This document shows positions 18,580-28,963 of a stretch of DNA of 59,706 nucleotides, one piece after another. How positions within the stretch are numbered: the stretch's first letter is position 1; the number at the start of each line of letters is the position of its first letter. Source of the stretch: an uncultured Gemmatimonadaceae bacterium (GTDB lineage: Bacteria; Gemmatimonadota; Gemmatimonadetes; Longimicrobiales; Gaopeijiaceae); assembly GCA_964464555.1 (NCBI GenBank), contig CAYXGM010000007.1, forward strand, positions 1 to 59,706, written 5' to 3'. The notes under the pieces were generated by a model that worked only from the letters and a program-made list of their open reading frames with translations, did no database searches and was not told the origin of the DNA. The translations under genes were made by a program, and so were the position numbers.

Positions 18580-19129
18580 AGATGCTCCCGATGAAGGGGA
18601 GATGTCGGAAGTTCTCACTGTAATCCAATCCGTAGCCCACCAGGAACTCCTGGGGAGCCTCGAAGCCCACCCACTCGGGCTCCCGATCCAGCTCCGCCAC
18701 CTTCTTGTGGAGAAGGGCGCAAACTTCCAGGGTCCGGGGGCCCCGCTCCTCGAGCATGGGAAGGAGACGGTTCAGGGTGGCGCCGGAATCGATGATGTCC
18801 TCTACAAGGATAACACTCCGACCCTCGAGGGAGGCCTCCGGATCGTAGAGAAGGTCCACCTTTCCGCTGCTCTTCTTCGCACTCCCGTAACTCGAAGCCA
18901 CCAGGAAGTCGACCTGGAGGGGACGCTGGATGCGTCGAACCAGGTCTGCCAGGAAGATGAAGGATCCCTTGAGAAGCCCCAGCACCAGAAGTTCTTCTTC
19001 CGGCCCGTAGGCATCCGCGATATCCTGGGCCATCTCCAGCACGCGGGCCTGGATCTCCACTTCGGTGAAGACGATCCGCTTCAACTCGGTTCCGGCTTGT
19101 GCCGTGGCGAGCTCAGGATTCACGGGCAT
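18578..19129 (-). CDS. hpt: hypoxanthine phosphoribosyltransferase
   Basis: PRPP-binding motif ...SVILVEDIIDSGATL... Conserved tilS-hpt-ftsH neighbourhood. Confidence 0.85.
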   Translation of the reverse strand: MPVNPELATAQAGTELKRIVFTEVEIQARVLEMAQDIADAYGPEEELLVLGLLKGSFIFLADLVRRIQRPLQVDFLVASSYGSAKKSSGKVDLLYDPEASLEGRSVILVEDIIDSGATLNRLLPMLEERGPRTLEVCALLHKKVAELDREPEWVGFEAPQEFLVGYGLDYSENFRHLPFIGSI

Positions 19130-20507
19130 TGCAGGTCCCCAGTAAGAAGTCCGTATCGTCAGCGTCCCCCTCCTCGTCCAGGAGTGAAGACGTCAGATTC
19201 AGCACCCAGAGGATCCGGCCTTCGGCATCGGCAAGCACCGGAATCCTGTCCCTCTCGGAGGCCGGGATTCTGGCCTCGGCGAAAAGCCTCTTCAGCTTCT
19301 TGCGACCGTAGGGCAGGCGAACCCGGTCCCCGGGGGCCCGTCCCCTCAGACGGAGGGGAAACCTCAGGAGACATCGAGGCGCCCGAAAAACCGCCTCGAC
19401 ACCATCGGGAAGCCTCGTGCCCCACTGGAAGGCCATGCATCGTCCCCCCACGACCACCTCCCCCGCTCCCTCCGAAGGCCCGGGAATGATGAGAGGTCGA
19501 TCTCTTTCCCGATCCGGCTTCGGACACAGAACCAGTCGATCGAATTCCCTGACCAGCCTGAATCCTCCGGGGAGGTCCATGCCCCCCCCACTGACGCCGG
19601 TTCTTGTAAACTCCAGTGCAGCCCGGGTTCCTGCCGCCCCGGGGCGGATTCCCCGGCGTCGGAAGAGCTCCCGAAGAAGCCGGTTCCGGACTGCCGGATG
19701 ATAGGCCAGAAAGCCAGACCGGACAACGACGAGATCCTCCCCGTCCGACTCCACGAGCCCCTCCAGAAGGGAGGGCAGGATGCTGGCCCAGGCCGTCTCG
19801 TTATCCCGTGCGATCCCCGCCAACCGATTCAGGGCCTTTCGGGCCCCCGGGGCCACCGACTCCTCGACCATGGGGATGACCCGGTGGCGCAGGAGGTTCC
19901 TGGGGATGGTCAGGTCCCGGTTCGTGGGATCGTCCCGGCATCCGAGACCGTGTTTCCCTGCATAGTCCGAGATCTCGTCCCTGGAGAAGGCGAGAAGGGG
20001 CCGGTAGATGCCCGGCCAGCGCCTCCCGGGGATTCCGGCCAGCCCCCGGAGACCGGTGCCACGGAGGACCCGGAACAAAACCGTCTCGGCCTGGTCGTCG
20101 GCGTGATGAGCCGTGAGGATGGCCGATGCGCCTTCCTCCGCCGCGATCCGGGCCAGGAAGGAGTACCTGGCTTCCCGGGCAGCCTCCTCCGAGGTCGGAG
20201 GTTCCCCGGCCCGCTCGCTCCGGAGGGGAACCTGCCAGGCCCGGCAAAGCCCGCGCACCCAGGAAGCATCCCTCCCGCTTCCCTCCCTCATGGCGTGGTC
20301 GAAGTGGGCGGCTATCAGTTCCAGCTCCGGGAAGCCGGGGTCGAAGCGGAGGAGGTGGAGGAGGACCACCGAGTCCATGCCCCCGGAGAGGGCCACCAGA
20401 GCCCGGTCGCCCCGGGACAGGACCCCGTGGGCCCGGAGGGCCTGGGCGGCGTCCCGGGCGAACCCTGCTGCCGAGGGCCCGGGGGGCGGGGAGGAAAGGC
20501 GACTCAC
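19113..20507 (-). CDS. tilS: tRNA(Ile)-lysidine synthetase
   Basis: PP-loop ALVALSGGMDSVVLLHLL. TilS substrate and C-terminal domains. Proposed start is a GTG that overlaps the upstream GDPD stop (GTGA). The 683-aa track ORF is an upstream read-through. Confidence 0.85.
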   Translation of the reverse strand: MSRLSSPPPGPSAAGFARDAAQALRAHGVLSRGDRALVALSGGMDSVVLLHLLRFDPGFPELELIAAHFDHAMREGSGRDASWVRGLCRAWQVPLRSERAGEPPTSEEAAREARYSFLARIAAEEGASAILTAHHADDQAETVLFRVLRGTGLRGLAGIPGRRWPGIYRPLLAFSRDEISDYAGKHGLGCRDDPTNRDLTIPRNLLRHRVIPMVEESVAPGARKALNRLAGIARDNETAWASILPSLLEGLVESDGEDLVVVRSGFLAYHPAVRNRLLRELFRRRGIRPGAAGTRAALEFTRTGVSGGGMDLPGGFRLVREFDRLVLCPKPDRERDRPLIIPGPSEGAGEVVVGGRCMAFQWGTRLPDGVEAVFRAPRCLLRFPLRLRGRAPGDRVRLPYGRKKLKRLFAEARIPASERDRIPVLADAEGRILWVLNLTSSLLDEEGDADDTDFLLGTCNARES

Positions 20508-21427
20508 CGGGACGCCTCCGGCGGGGCCTCCGCCGCCCCCTCCCTTTCCTCCGGCTCCGGGCCGGCTCCCCGTCCAGCCCCACGGCCCAGGCAGGGAGCG
20601 GGGGGGCGGCCCACCCGTTCCGTCAGCAGAGAGGCCAGAAGGTCCGGCCGATCGGTCTGGATCCCGGCCACGCCCCAGTCCAGGAGACGGGCCATGTCCG
20701 CCGGATCGTCCACCGTCCACACGTGGATGGGGAGATTCCTCCGGTGTGCCTCCCGGATGAACCTGGCAGAAAGGACCCGGATGCCCCTGTGCGTCTCCGG
20801 GACCTGGAGGGCGTCGCATCCGGGGGTGTACCACCGGCCGAAGGGCGTGTGGATGAGGAGGAAAAAGAGGCTGAGCTGGCGTCTCGACGCTCCCCACGGC
20901 CCCGAAAAACCCCTGACGCTTCGACGGTTCTTCTCCCACTCCGAAGCCACCAGGACCCGGTCCTCCGCATCGAATCGTAGAATGGCCTCCACGAGTCCCG
21001 GAGCCGACCGGCTGTCCTTCGTCTCCACGTTCAGCCGAACCCGGGGGAGGGCCTCCAGGACCTCCTCGAACCGGGGAATCCGAACGCCGCGTCCCCGGAA
21101 GGCGGCCCTTCCCAGGGGGTCCCTGAAATGGAATCCCGCATCCAGCTCCCGGAGCTCCGCCCAACTCAACTCCGCCACCCGCCCGGACCCGTCGGTCGTG
21201 CGGTCCACCGTGTCATCGTGGAACACCACCACTTCCCCGTCCCGGGTCGTGCGGACGTCCATCTCCAGCATGTCGGCACCCCAGTCCTCCACGGCGCTCC
21301 GGAAAGCCTCCAGAGTGTTTTCCGGAGCCAGAGCGGCCCCACCCCGATGAGCGATGAGGAGGGGGCCGCCGGCCAGGTAGGGATGTCCGGGTCGCACCCG
21401 GGGAAAGTCCGTCAACAGCAACCTCAC
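20504..21427 (-). CDS. glycerophosphodiester phosphodiesterase family protein
   Basis: GDPD motifs ...LLIAHRGGAALAPENTLEAF... and ...EMDVRTTRDGEVVVFHDDT... Confidence 0.8.
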   Translation of the reverse strand: MRLLLTDFPRVRPGHPYLAGGPLLIAHRGGAALAPENTLEAFRSAVEDWGADMLEMDVRTTRDGEVVVFHDDTVDRTTDGSGRVAELSWAELRELDAGFHFRDPLGRAAFRGRGVRIPRFEEVLEALPRVRLNVETKDSRSAPGLVEAILRFDAEDRVLVASEWEKNRRSVRGFSGPWGASRRQLSLFFLLIHTPFGRWYTPGCDALQVPETHRGIRVLSARFIREAHRRNLPIHVWTVDDPADMARLLDWGVAGIQTDRPDLLASLLTERVGRPPAPCLGRGAGRGAGPEPEEREGAAEAPPEASR

Positions 21428-21939
21428 GCAGAGAGGAGGGCGGTCTCCACCGTTTCCACCTCCTCGGGCATCAACCCGTAGAGGTCGTAAAGAACGAAGT
21501 CGATGAGACGGCTCGTCATCTCCAGCTCGACTTCCCGTTGTTCCCGTTCCTCACCCTCCAGGAGCTCCTTGCCCTCTTCCAGCTCCACCACGCGGATGGC
21601 CAGGAAGTCCAGGATCTCCCGGACGACCTCGGGGCTGGGTCGGGGAGGAGCCAGGGAATCGGGCATGGTCTCGGCGAGGAGAAGGCCCCGGACGAAGGCC
21701 AGAAGTCCGGGAAAGGCCAACTCGGTAAGAAAGGCCTCATCCAGGCGCTCCTCTCCGGTAAGCTTCTCCCACTCCAGCTCGTTCCAGTAGAGCTCCTCGG
21801 CACTCTCCCGCAGGTGAGCCAGCTCCTCCCCGCTCAGAGCGGTTTGGGCCGGGGGGGCTTCGAGCTCCAGCGCGCGTCCCAGGATCTGCTCCATCCGTTT
21901 GACCCGTCCATCGATGAGGGTCGATTGCCGATTTGTCAT
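21424..21939 (-). CDS. hypothetical protein (acidic, helical; no family recognised)
   Basis: Coding-like minus-strand ORF whose stop overlaps the GDPD start (4-nt overlap). 171 aa. Confidence 0.5.
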   Translation of the reverse strand: MTNRQSTLIDGRVKRMEQILGRALELEAPPAQTALSGEELAHLRESAEELYWNELEWEKLTGEERLDEAFLTELAFPGLLAFVRGLLLAETMPDSLAPPRPSPEVVREILDFLAIRVVELEEGKELLEGEEREQREVELEMTSRLIDFVLYDLYGLMPEEVETVETALLSA

Positions 21940-22109
21940 GGCCAGCCGATGATGACGAAGATGTCCCTTGTGCGCCCGGGAAAGATCGTCCCCAGCAGAG
22001 GGATCGGCCCCCGGCGCCCGATGCAGCGAGGAAAACTACCTGTCTCATGCCACGGACCGAAAGGGCAAGCAGGGGATGGCGGCCCCCTCCGAGCTCGCCT
22101 CCAAGGGTC

Positions 22110-22910
22110 TCACTCCCGGGGATCCGGAACGCCGCCGGCCTCCGGGGACTTGTCTCGCCTGATCCGTCCGGCGATTCCGTCATAGAGAACCCGGGGGAAG
22201 ACCCGGGCCGTCCAGGCGATGGCCGCCAGGGGCCAGGGAAATGCCACGGTCTTCTTCCGGCGCAGGATGCCCCGGACCATGATGTCCATGGCCGGCTCCA
22301 GTTCCATGAGGAAGGGCATGGGATGCCGGTTGTGATCGGTCATGGGGGTCTGCACGAAGCCCGGTGACACCACCGTCACGTCCACGCCCGTCTCTCTCAA
22401 ATCCAGCCGAAGGCTTTCGAAGAAGTTGAACATGGCCGCCTTGCTGGCCGAGTAGGCGGCGGATTTCGGAAGCCCCCCGAACCCGGCCACGCTGGAGATG
22501 GCCACCAGGTGCCCCCGGTCCCGCTCGAGCATCCCGGGGAGGACGGCCCCGGCGGCGTAGATGGCGCCCATGAGGTTCACCCTCAGGACATACTCCACTT
22601 CCTCCACGTCGAAGTCCTCCACCCGCGTGAGGATGCTGAGGCCGGCGTTGGCGATGAGGAGGTCCACGGGTCCCAACTCGTCCCGGCACCGGCTCACCGC
22701 CCCGAAGACCTCCTCCTTCTCGGAGACGTCGCAGGGGTAGATGCCTGCCGATCCTCCCTCCGATTCGATCTCCTCGGCCAGCTCCCGGAGCCGGTCCCTG
22801 CGCCGGGCCGCCAGAGCGACCGCATATCCCTCCCGCGCCATTCGGAGGGCAAAGGCCTCTCCGAACCCCGAGGATGCCCCGGTGATGAAGCAGACGGGTC
22901 GTTGGCCCAT
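22110..22910 (-). CDS. SDR-family short-chain dehydrogenase/reductase
   Basis: N-terminal Rossmann motif ...CFITGASSGFGEA... Catalytic YxxxK (YSASKAA). Confidence 0.8.
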   Translation of the reverse strand: MGQRPVCFITGASSGFGEAFALRMAREGYAVALAARRRDRLRELAEEIESEGGSAGIYPCDVSEKEEVFGAVSRCRDELGPVDLLIANAGLSILTRVEDFDVEEVEYVLRVNLMGAIYAAGAVLPGMLERDRGHLVAISSVAGFGGLPKSAAYSASKAAMFNFFESLRLDLRETGVDVTVVSPGFVQTPMTDHNRHPMPFLMELEPAMDIMVRGILRRKKTVAFPWPLAAIAWTARVFPRVLYDGIAGRIRRDKSPEAGGVPDPRE

Positions 22911-23021
22911 GGATGTCCTTTCCTGTCGATTCCGTTGGCGGGATTCCCGGCCATGACCGGGGGCCGGGGCGTGGGCGGCTTCGTCCCTGACCGGCCCGCC
23001 TTCGTCATTGACGGGCCCGCT

Positions 23022-23870
23022 TCATCCTCCCGAGGGCGGGCCCTGGTTCACCCTGATCTCCTTCACCTGCACCGTGAAGTCCATGCCCCCGGAGGCCAGC
23101 ATCTCCTCCATCTGCTCCATCTGTCCCCCCATCATCCCTTCCATCATCCTCCGCTGGGCCTCGGGCATGTTCTCCATCTGGGCTTGCATCTCTTCCAGGG
23201 ACCGGCGCATCTCGGCCACCTCCTCCTCGGACATCTGCGGACCGAATCCCTCGTTGGTGACCTGGGTCTCGAAGGGGTGCATGAGCCCCTCCACCTCCCG
23301 ATAGTCCCGCATGTGGGCGGTGAAGGAGGCTTCACTTGGGGCCCCCTGCATGGTGGCCGTGCCCTGAATGGTCATCTTTCGGACGAGGTAGTCGTCCGTA
23401 TCGACCCAGAAGGTAGCTTCCCGTGCCTCGAACCCTCCCGTGCCACCGCTCTCCACGGGCCCCATGAAACCGGCGTCTTCCAGGTTGTCCAGTTTCACGA
23501 CGTAGCAGTCCTCGCCGTCCGCGGACTCGGTGCCCTCGTTCGAGGCGTGTTCCGCCGCTTCAAGGAAAGCCCGGTAGGGATCGCCGGGGCCCTGCTGTCC
23601 CGCCTCGCTGCCCAGTTGGGACCGGGGCACGAAGGTCACGTGGCCATCCACCTCCTCCTTCTCGAAGTAGATGGACGACTCGAATCCCATGACCTCCTGG
23701 ACGAGGGTGTAGTTCTCGATTCCCGCCATCCGCTCCTCGTGCCGCTCCAGGGCCGTGCGTAGGATCTCGGCACCACTTTGAGCCGAAAGGCCCGAAGAAA
23801 GGACGGGAAGGGCGGAGGCGACGAAGAGGAGAACTCCGAGAACCGTCGATTGGACCGGAGACTTCTTCAT
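23022..23870 (-). CDS. secreted protein with Met-rich C-terminal region (possible periplasmic metal/Cu-binding protein)
   Basis: Start at ATG 23868-23870 (MKKSPVQSTVLGVLLFVASALPVLSSGLSAQS signal peptide). The C-terminus is MRRSLEEMQAQMENMPEAQRRMMEGMMGGQMEQMEEM. The first 42 aa of the track ORF lie upstream of the signal peptide and are probably not translated. Confidence 0.55.
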   Translation of the reverse strand: MKKSPVQSTVLGVLLFVASALPVLSSGLSAQSGAEILRTALERHEERMAGIENYTLVQEVMGFESSIYFEKEEVDGHVTFVPRSQLGSEAGQQGPGDPYRAFLEAAEHASNEGTESADGEDCYVVKLDNLEDAGFMGPVESGGTGGFEAREATFWVDTDDYLVRKMTIQGTATMQGAPSEASFTAHMRDYREVEGLMHPFETQVTNEGFGPQMSEEEVAEMRRSLEEMQAQMENMPEAQRRMMEGMMGGQMEQMEEMLASGGMDFTVQVKEIRVNQGPPSGG

Positions 23871-24015
23871 AGGGAGGTTCCCTTTCGTTTGTTGGAATGA
23901 CTGGGAATGATAACCCGGACCCCGGCTCGAGGTTCGGAGGATCACCCCTGTGGGAGCGTGTTTGAGCAGGTGGGGCGGACCCGGATACCCAGACACGCCT
24001 CTCTACCTGAAATCT

Positions 24016-24062
24016 GCAACAAAGAACGAGGCGGCACAAAGCTCCTGGCTCTGCGCCGCCTC
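24016..24062 (-). terminator. rho-independent terminator downstream of the tRNA gene
   Basis: Minus-strand RNA GAGGCGGCgcagagccaggagcuuugUGCCGCCUC followed by GUUCUUUGUUGC (plus 24016-24027). Confidence 0.55.
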
Positions 24063-24076
24063 AGCCTTCTTTCCAA

Positions 24077-24150
24077 TGCCGGAGGAGGGACTCGAACCCC
24101 CGACTCGCGGATTATGATTCCGCTGCTCTAACCAGCTGAGCTACTCCGGC
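24077..24150 (-). tRNA. tRNA with CAU anticodon (elongator tRNA-Met, or tRNA-Ile2 if lysidinylated); CCA not encoded
   Basis: Manual cloverleaf of GCCGGAGUAGCUCAGCUGGUUAGAGCAGCGGAAUCAUAAUCCGCGAGUCGGGGGUUCGAGUCCCUCCUCCGGCA. 7-bp acceptor stem with G1-C72 paired, so not an initiator. Standard D arm. Anticodon loop AUCAUAA. T-loop GGUUCGAGUCC. Confidence 0.85.
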
Positions 24151-24435
24151 TCGGTCCTCAAAGCTCATCCGGCCCCCAGGGGGTGTCAAGGGGCCCGGAA
24201 CACACCCCGCTTTCTCCCTTGCGGGCCGCCCGGAACCTCCCGAAAACCCGGGCCTTCCGGGTGAGATGAAAGCCCTCATCCTTGCGTACCGGCCCGTGCT
24301 GCCGCAAGAATTCAGCATCGGCAGGGTCGTGGGGCATGAAGACCGTGCCGGCAGCCGCCGTACTCCGACACAGAACGTACGCTTCGCCTCCGAGGCCCGG
24401 CGTCCGGTCACCGCCCCCTCGAAAAGGAGAACGCC

Positions 24436-25407
24436 ATGGATCCCTCCGCCATCTTCATCCCCCTGGCCGCCGTGGGTCTCGGCGCCCTCTTCACCTCCCT
24501 CCGCATCCTCTGGGAGTACGAACGGGGGGTGATCTTCCGCCTGGGCAAGCTCACACGGGCCAAAGGGCCGGGACTCATCTTCCTGGTCCCTTTCGGTGTG
24601 GAGCGCATGCGGAAGATGGATCTGAGGATCGTGGCCCTGGACATCCCGCCCCAGGACACCATCACCAAGGACAACGTGAGTCTCTCGGTGAATGCCGTGG
24701 TCTACTTCCGCGTGTCGGACCCCGCCAAGGCCGTGGTGGAGATCGAGGACTACTACTTCGCCACCAGCCAGCTCGCCCAGACCACCCTCCGAAGCGTCAT
24801 CGGCCAGTCCGAGCTGGACGAGCTCCTGGCCGAGCGGGAGCGCATCAACGAGATCGTGCGGGAGATCATCGACGAGGGCACGGACCCCTGGGGCATCGAC
24901 GTCACCGGGGTGGAGATCAAGGACATCGACCTCCCCAAGGAGATGAAGCGGGCCATGGCCAAGCAGGCCGAGGCCGAGCGGGAGCGCCGGGGAAAGGTCA
25001 TCGCCGCCGAGGGTGAGTACCAGGCTTCCAAGAAGCTGGCCCTGGCCGCCAACACCATCGAGAAGCACCCGGTGGCCGTCCAGCTCCGCTTCATGCAGAC
25101 CGCCGTGGAGATCGCCGCCGAGAACAACTCCACCACCGTCTTCCCCATCCCCCTGGACCTCTTCGGGTCCATCACCAAGGGGTCGGCGGGAGAGATGACC
25201 GAGGAGGAGATCGCGGAGCTGGAAGCCGAGGGCGCCGAAGACCTGGAGGCCCTCCCGGGAGAGACGGGAACCCAGTTCCTCGCCGAAACCGCCAAGTCAA
25301 TCCTGGGGCTCGGCTCGGGGAAGACGGAGAAGAAGGCCCGTGCGGAGGAAGAGGCCGAAACCGCCGGGGGCGAGGAAGGGGGGAAGGCCCGGGACCAGGA
25401 AGGGTAG
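24436..25407 (+). CDS. SPFH/band-7 (stomatin-like) membrane protein
   Basis: N-terminal TM, then an SPFH core (...[10 protein letters not shown]...[20 protein letters not shown]...) and a C-terminal coiled coil. SD AAAAGGAG 6 nt upstream of the ATG. One of only two plus-strand genes in the window. Confidence 0.8.
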   Translation: MDPSAIFIPLAAVGLGALFTSLRILWEYERGVIFRLGKLTRAKGPGLIFLVPFGVERMRKMDLRIVALDIPPQDTITKDNVSLSVNAVVYFRVSDPAKAVVEIEDYYFATSQLAQTTLRSVIGQSELDELLAERERINEIVREIIDEGTDPWGIDVTGVEIKDIDLPKEMKRAMAKQAEAERERRGKVIAAEGEYQASKKLALAANTIEKHPVAVQLRFMQTAVEIAAENNSTTVFPIPLDLFGSITKGSAGEMTEEEIAELEAEGAEDLEALPGETGTQFLAETAKSILGLGSGKTEKKARAEEEAETAGGEEGGKARDQEG

Positions 25408-25435
25408 AGGTCCCGGACGGAACCCGGCGCCGAAC

Positions 25436-27072
<1,637 letters not shown>

Positions 27073-27852
27073 TCATTTTGTTCCGGAGGCCTCCATCCCG
27101 GCCTCCCCTTCGGAACGCTTCCTTTCCTCCCCGGACAGCTCACCTTCCCCCTTCAGCTCGTAGATGGCCTTCCAGCTCTCATTCAGAAGGCGATTCCGGT
27201 CCCTCAGGGTGGCGCCCTCGGTGGGGATGGGCTCACCGATGCGAATCCGGATCTCCCCGGAGCGCACACGGAGCCTGCCCTTGGGCATGATGCTCCTGCT
27301 TCCCAGCACTGCCACCGGCACCAGGGGCACCTGGCCCTGCACCGCCATCACGAAGGCGCCCTTCTTGAATTTCTTGAGCCGGCCGTCCGGGGAACGGGTT
27401 CCCTCGGGAAAGAGGATCATGGTGAGGCGGTCCTCGTGGATCTCCTTCCAGGCCTGATCCAGGGCCTCGATGGCGGCCTCCCGGTTTCCACGGTCCACGG
27501 AGACGTGTCCGCAGGCCATCCACGCCGACCCGAAGACGGGGATGTCCCCGAGCTCCTTCTTGGCCACGAAGCGGTACCGGACCGGAAGCTCGGCGGCCAG
27601 AGCGAAGACGTCGAACCAGGACTGGTGATTGGAGACCACGATCTGGGGAGCGTCGGTATCGAGATTCTCCAACCCTTCCAGGACCACCCGGACCCCTGCG
27701 GCCCAGAGTAGGTTCCTGGCCCAACCCCGGGCCGCCCGGTCGCAGGCCGCGTGGAGGTTCCTGCGCCAGAAGTAGGTCCTGAGGACCACGTTCCCGGCAT
27801 GAAAGAGCGTCGCAGCGGCGCCCACGACGTACACCCAAACGGTTCGGATCAC
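27073..27852 (-). CDS. plsC: 1-acyl-sn-glycerol-3-phosphate acyltransferase
   Basis: Acyltransferase motifs NHQSWFD (HX4D) and FPEGTRS. GTG start at 27850-27852 preceded by GGAGGAGGA. Track ORF start at 27933. Confidence 0.8.
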   Translation of the reverse strand: MIRTVWVYVVGAAATLFHAGNVVLRTYFWRRNLHAACDRAARGWARNLLWAAGVRVVLEGLENLDTDAPQIVVSNHQSWFDVFALAAELPVRYRFVAKKELGDIPVFGSAWMACGHVSVDRGNREAAIEALDQAWKEIHEDRLTMILFPEGTRSPDGRLKKFKKGAFVMAVQGQVPLVPVAVLGSRSIMPKGRLRVRSGEIRIRIGEPIPTEGATLRDRNRLLNESWKAIYELKGEGELSGEERKRSEGEAGMEASGTK

Positions 27853-27874
27853 TCCTCGTCCTCCTCCCGGCCGA

Positions 27875-28933
27875 TCACTCGTCCGTTCCTTCCCCGAGAT
27901 GCTGGAACCCACGCTCCCGAAGGCGGCGCACATCCCCGTTCGCCCCTTCCAGGAGAACCCCTTCCCCCTCTTCCACCCGGCCCACCCGGGTCAGGAGGAG
28001 CTCGAAGGTATCCACGAACTCCTCCACCCGCCCCTCCTCCAGGGCCTTCGGGGGAGCGGTGAAGCAGAGCTCGTAGTCCTCACCCCCGGAGAGGGCCAGC
28101 CGGAGGGCACCCGGGGAGTCTCCCAGGAGCTCCCGGACCCCGGAGTGGATGGGAACGGCCGTTTCCTCCAGGACCAGGGCCACACCCGAGGCGGCGGCCA
28201 GGTGGGCCGCATCCCCCCCCAGGCCGTCGGACAGGTCGATGGCGGCGCTGGGAATCTCACGCTCCGCCAGCCACAGGGCCTCCCGGATCCGGGCAGCCGG
28301 ACGGGCGAAGGCGTTTCGCAGCTCGGGAGCCGGCGTCTGGCCCAGCGTCCAGAGATCCACGCATGCCCCGGCTCCTCCCAGCCGACCGGTGACCCAGACG
28401 TGGTCCCCTGGACGGCATCCGCTTCGAAGCATGGGAGACGGTGCCCGTCCCAGGACCGCGACGTCCAGGATGAGGGGATCCGGGGAGCCGGTGAGGTCTC
28501 CTCCGATGATCGCCGTATCCACGGCCCGGCAGGCCTCCCGGGCACCCTCCACCACGGCCTCCCCCACCTCCGCCTTCCCCGAGGAGCCCAGCCCCAGGGA
28601 AACGAGGACACCCAGGGGCTCGGCACCCATGGCGGCCAGGTCGCTCAGCGCCGCCGTGACTCCCCGGAATCCCACCTCCTCCCAGCGGATCCAGCCGGAG
28701 CGGAAGTGCACGTCCTCCACGATCATGTCGGTACTCACCACCAGCCCGCCCTCCAGCACGACGGCGTCGTCCCCGGGGCCCACCAAAACACCGGGAAGCG
28801 ATTCTCCCCCATCGCCCATAAACCGGCGAATGAGGTCGAACTCCCGTCCCGGGCCCAGGGCCGTGCGGGGAACGGAAGAAGTCCGGGGCCCCATCAGACT
28901 GAACGTTCTCCGGCCAGGAAAGTCACCGTTCAC
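27875..28933 (-). CDS. thiL: thiamine-monophosphate kinase
   Basis: N-terminal ...GREFDLIRRF... and the AIR-synthase-related fold (...GPGDDAAVL...ALSDLAAMGAEP...). The start could instead be the internal ATG at about 28894. Confidence 0.8.
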   Translation of the reverse strand: MNGDFPGRRTFSLMGPRTSSVPRTALGPGREFDLIRRFMGDGGESLPGVLVGPGDDAVVLEGGLVVSTDMIVEDVHFRSGWIRWEEVGFRGVTAALSDLAAMGAEPLGVLVSLGLGSSGKAEVGEAVVEGAREACRAVDTAIIGGDLTGSPDPLILDVAVLGRAPSPMLRSGCRPGDHVWVTGRLGGAGACVDLWTLGQTPAPELRNAFARPAARIREALWLAEREIPSAAIDLSDGLGGDAAHLAAASGVALVLEETAVPIHSGVRELLGDSPGALRLALSGGEDYELCFTAPPKALEEGRVEEFVDTFELLLTRVGRVEEGEGVLLEGANGDVRRLRERGFQHLGEGTDE

Positions 28934-28963
28934 CTCCCGGTCCGGCCGGGGCCGCGCCCGTCC

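Noticed and set aside
20508-21164. Upstream 220-aa extension of the tilS ORF, and similar extensions of coaD (to 43547), the PP2C phosphatase (to 42153), dprA (to 58454), rsmD (to 45091) and mutS2 (to 50734)
   Set aside because: These are read-through of stop-poor GC-rich sequence that overlaps real upstream genes. The conserved N-termini begin internally.
24160-24200. Short CCCCCaGGGGG palindrome upstream of the tRNA
   Set aside because: The loop is too short to fold. It is probably incidental GC-rich sequence. Only the TTGACA hexamer is noted, as a possible -35.
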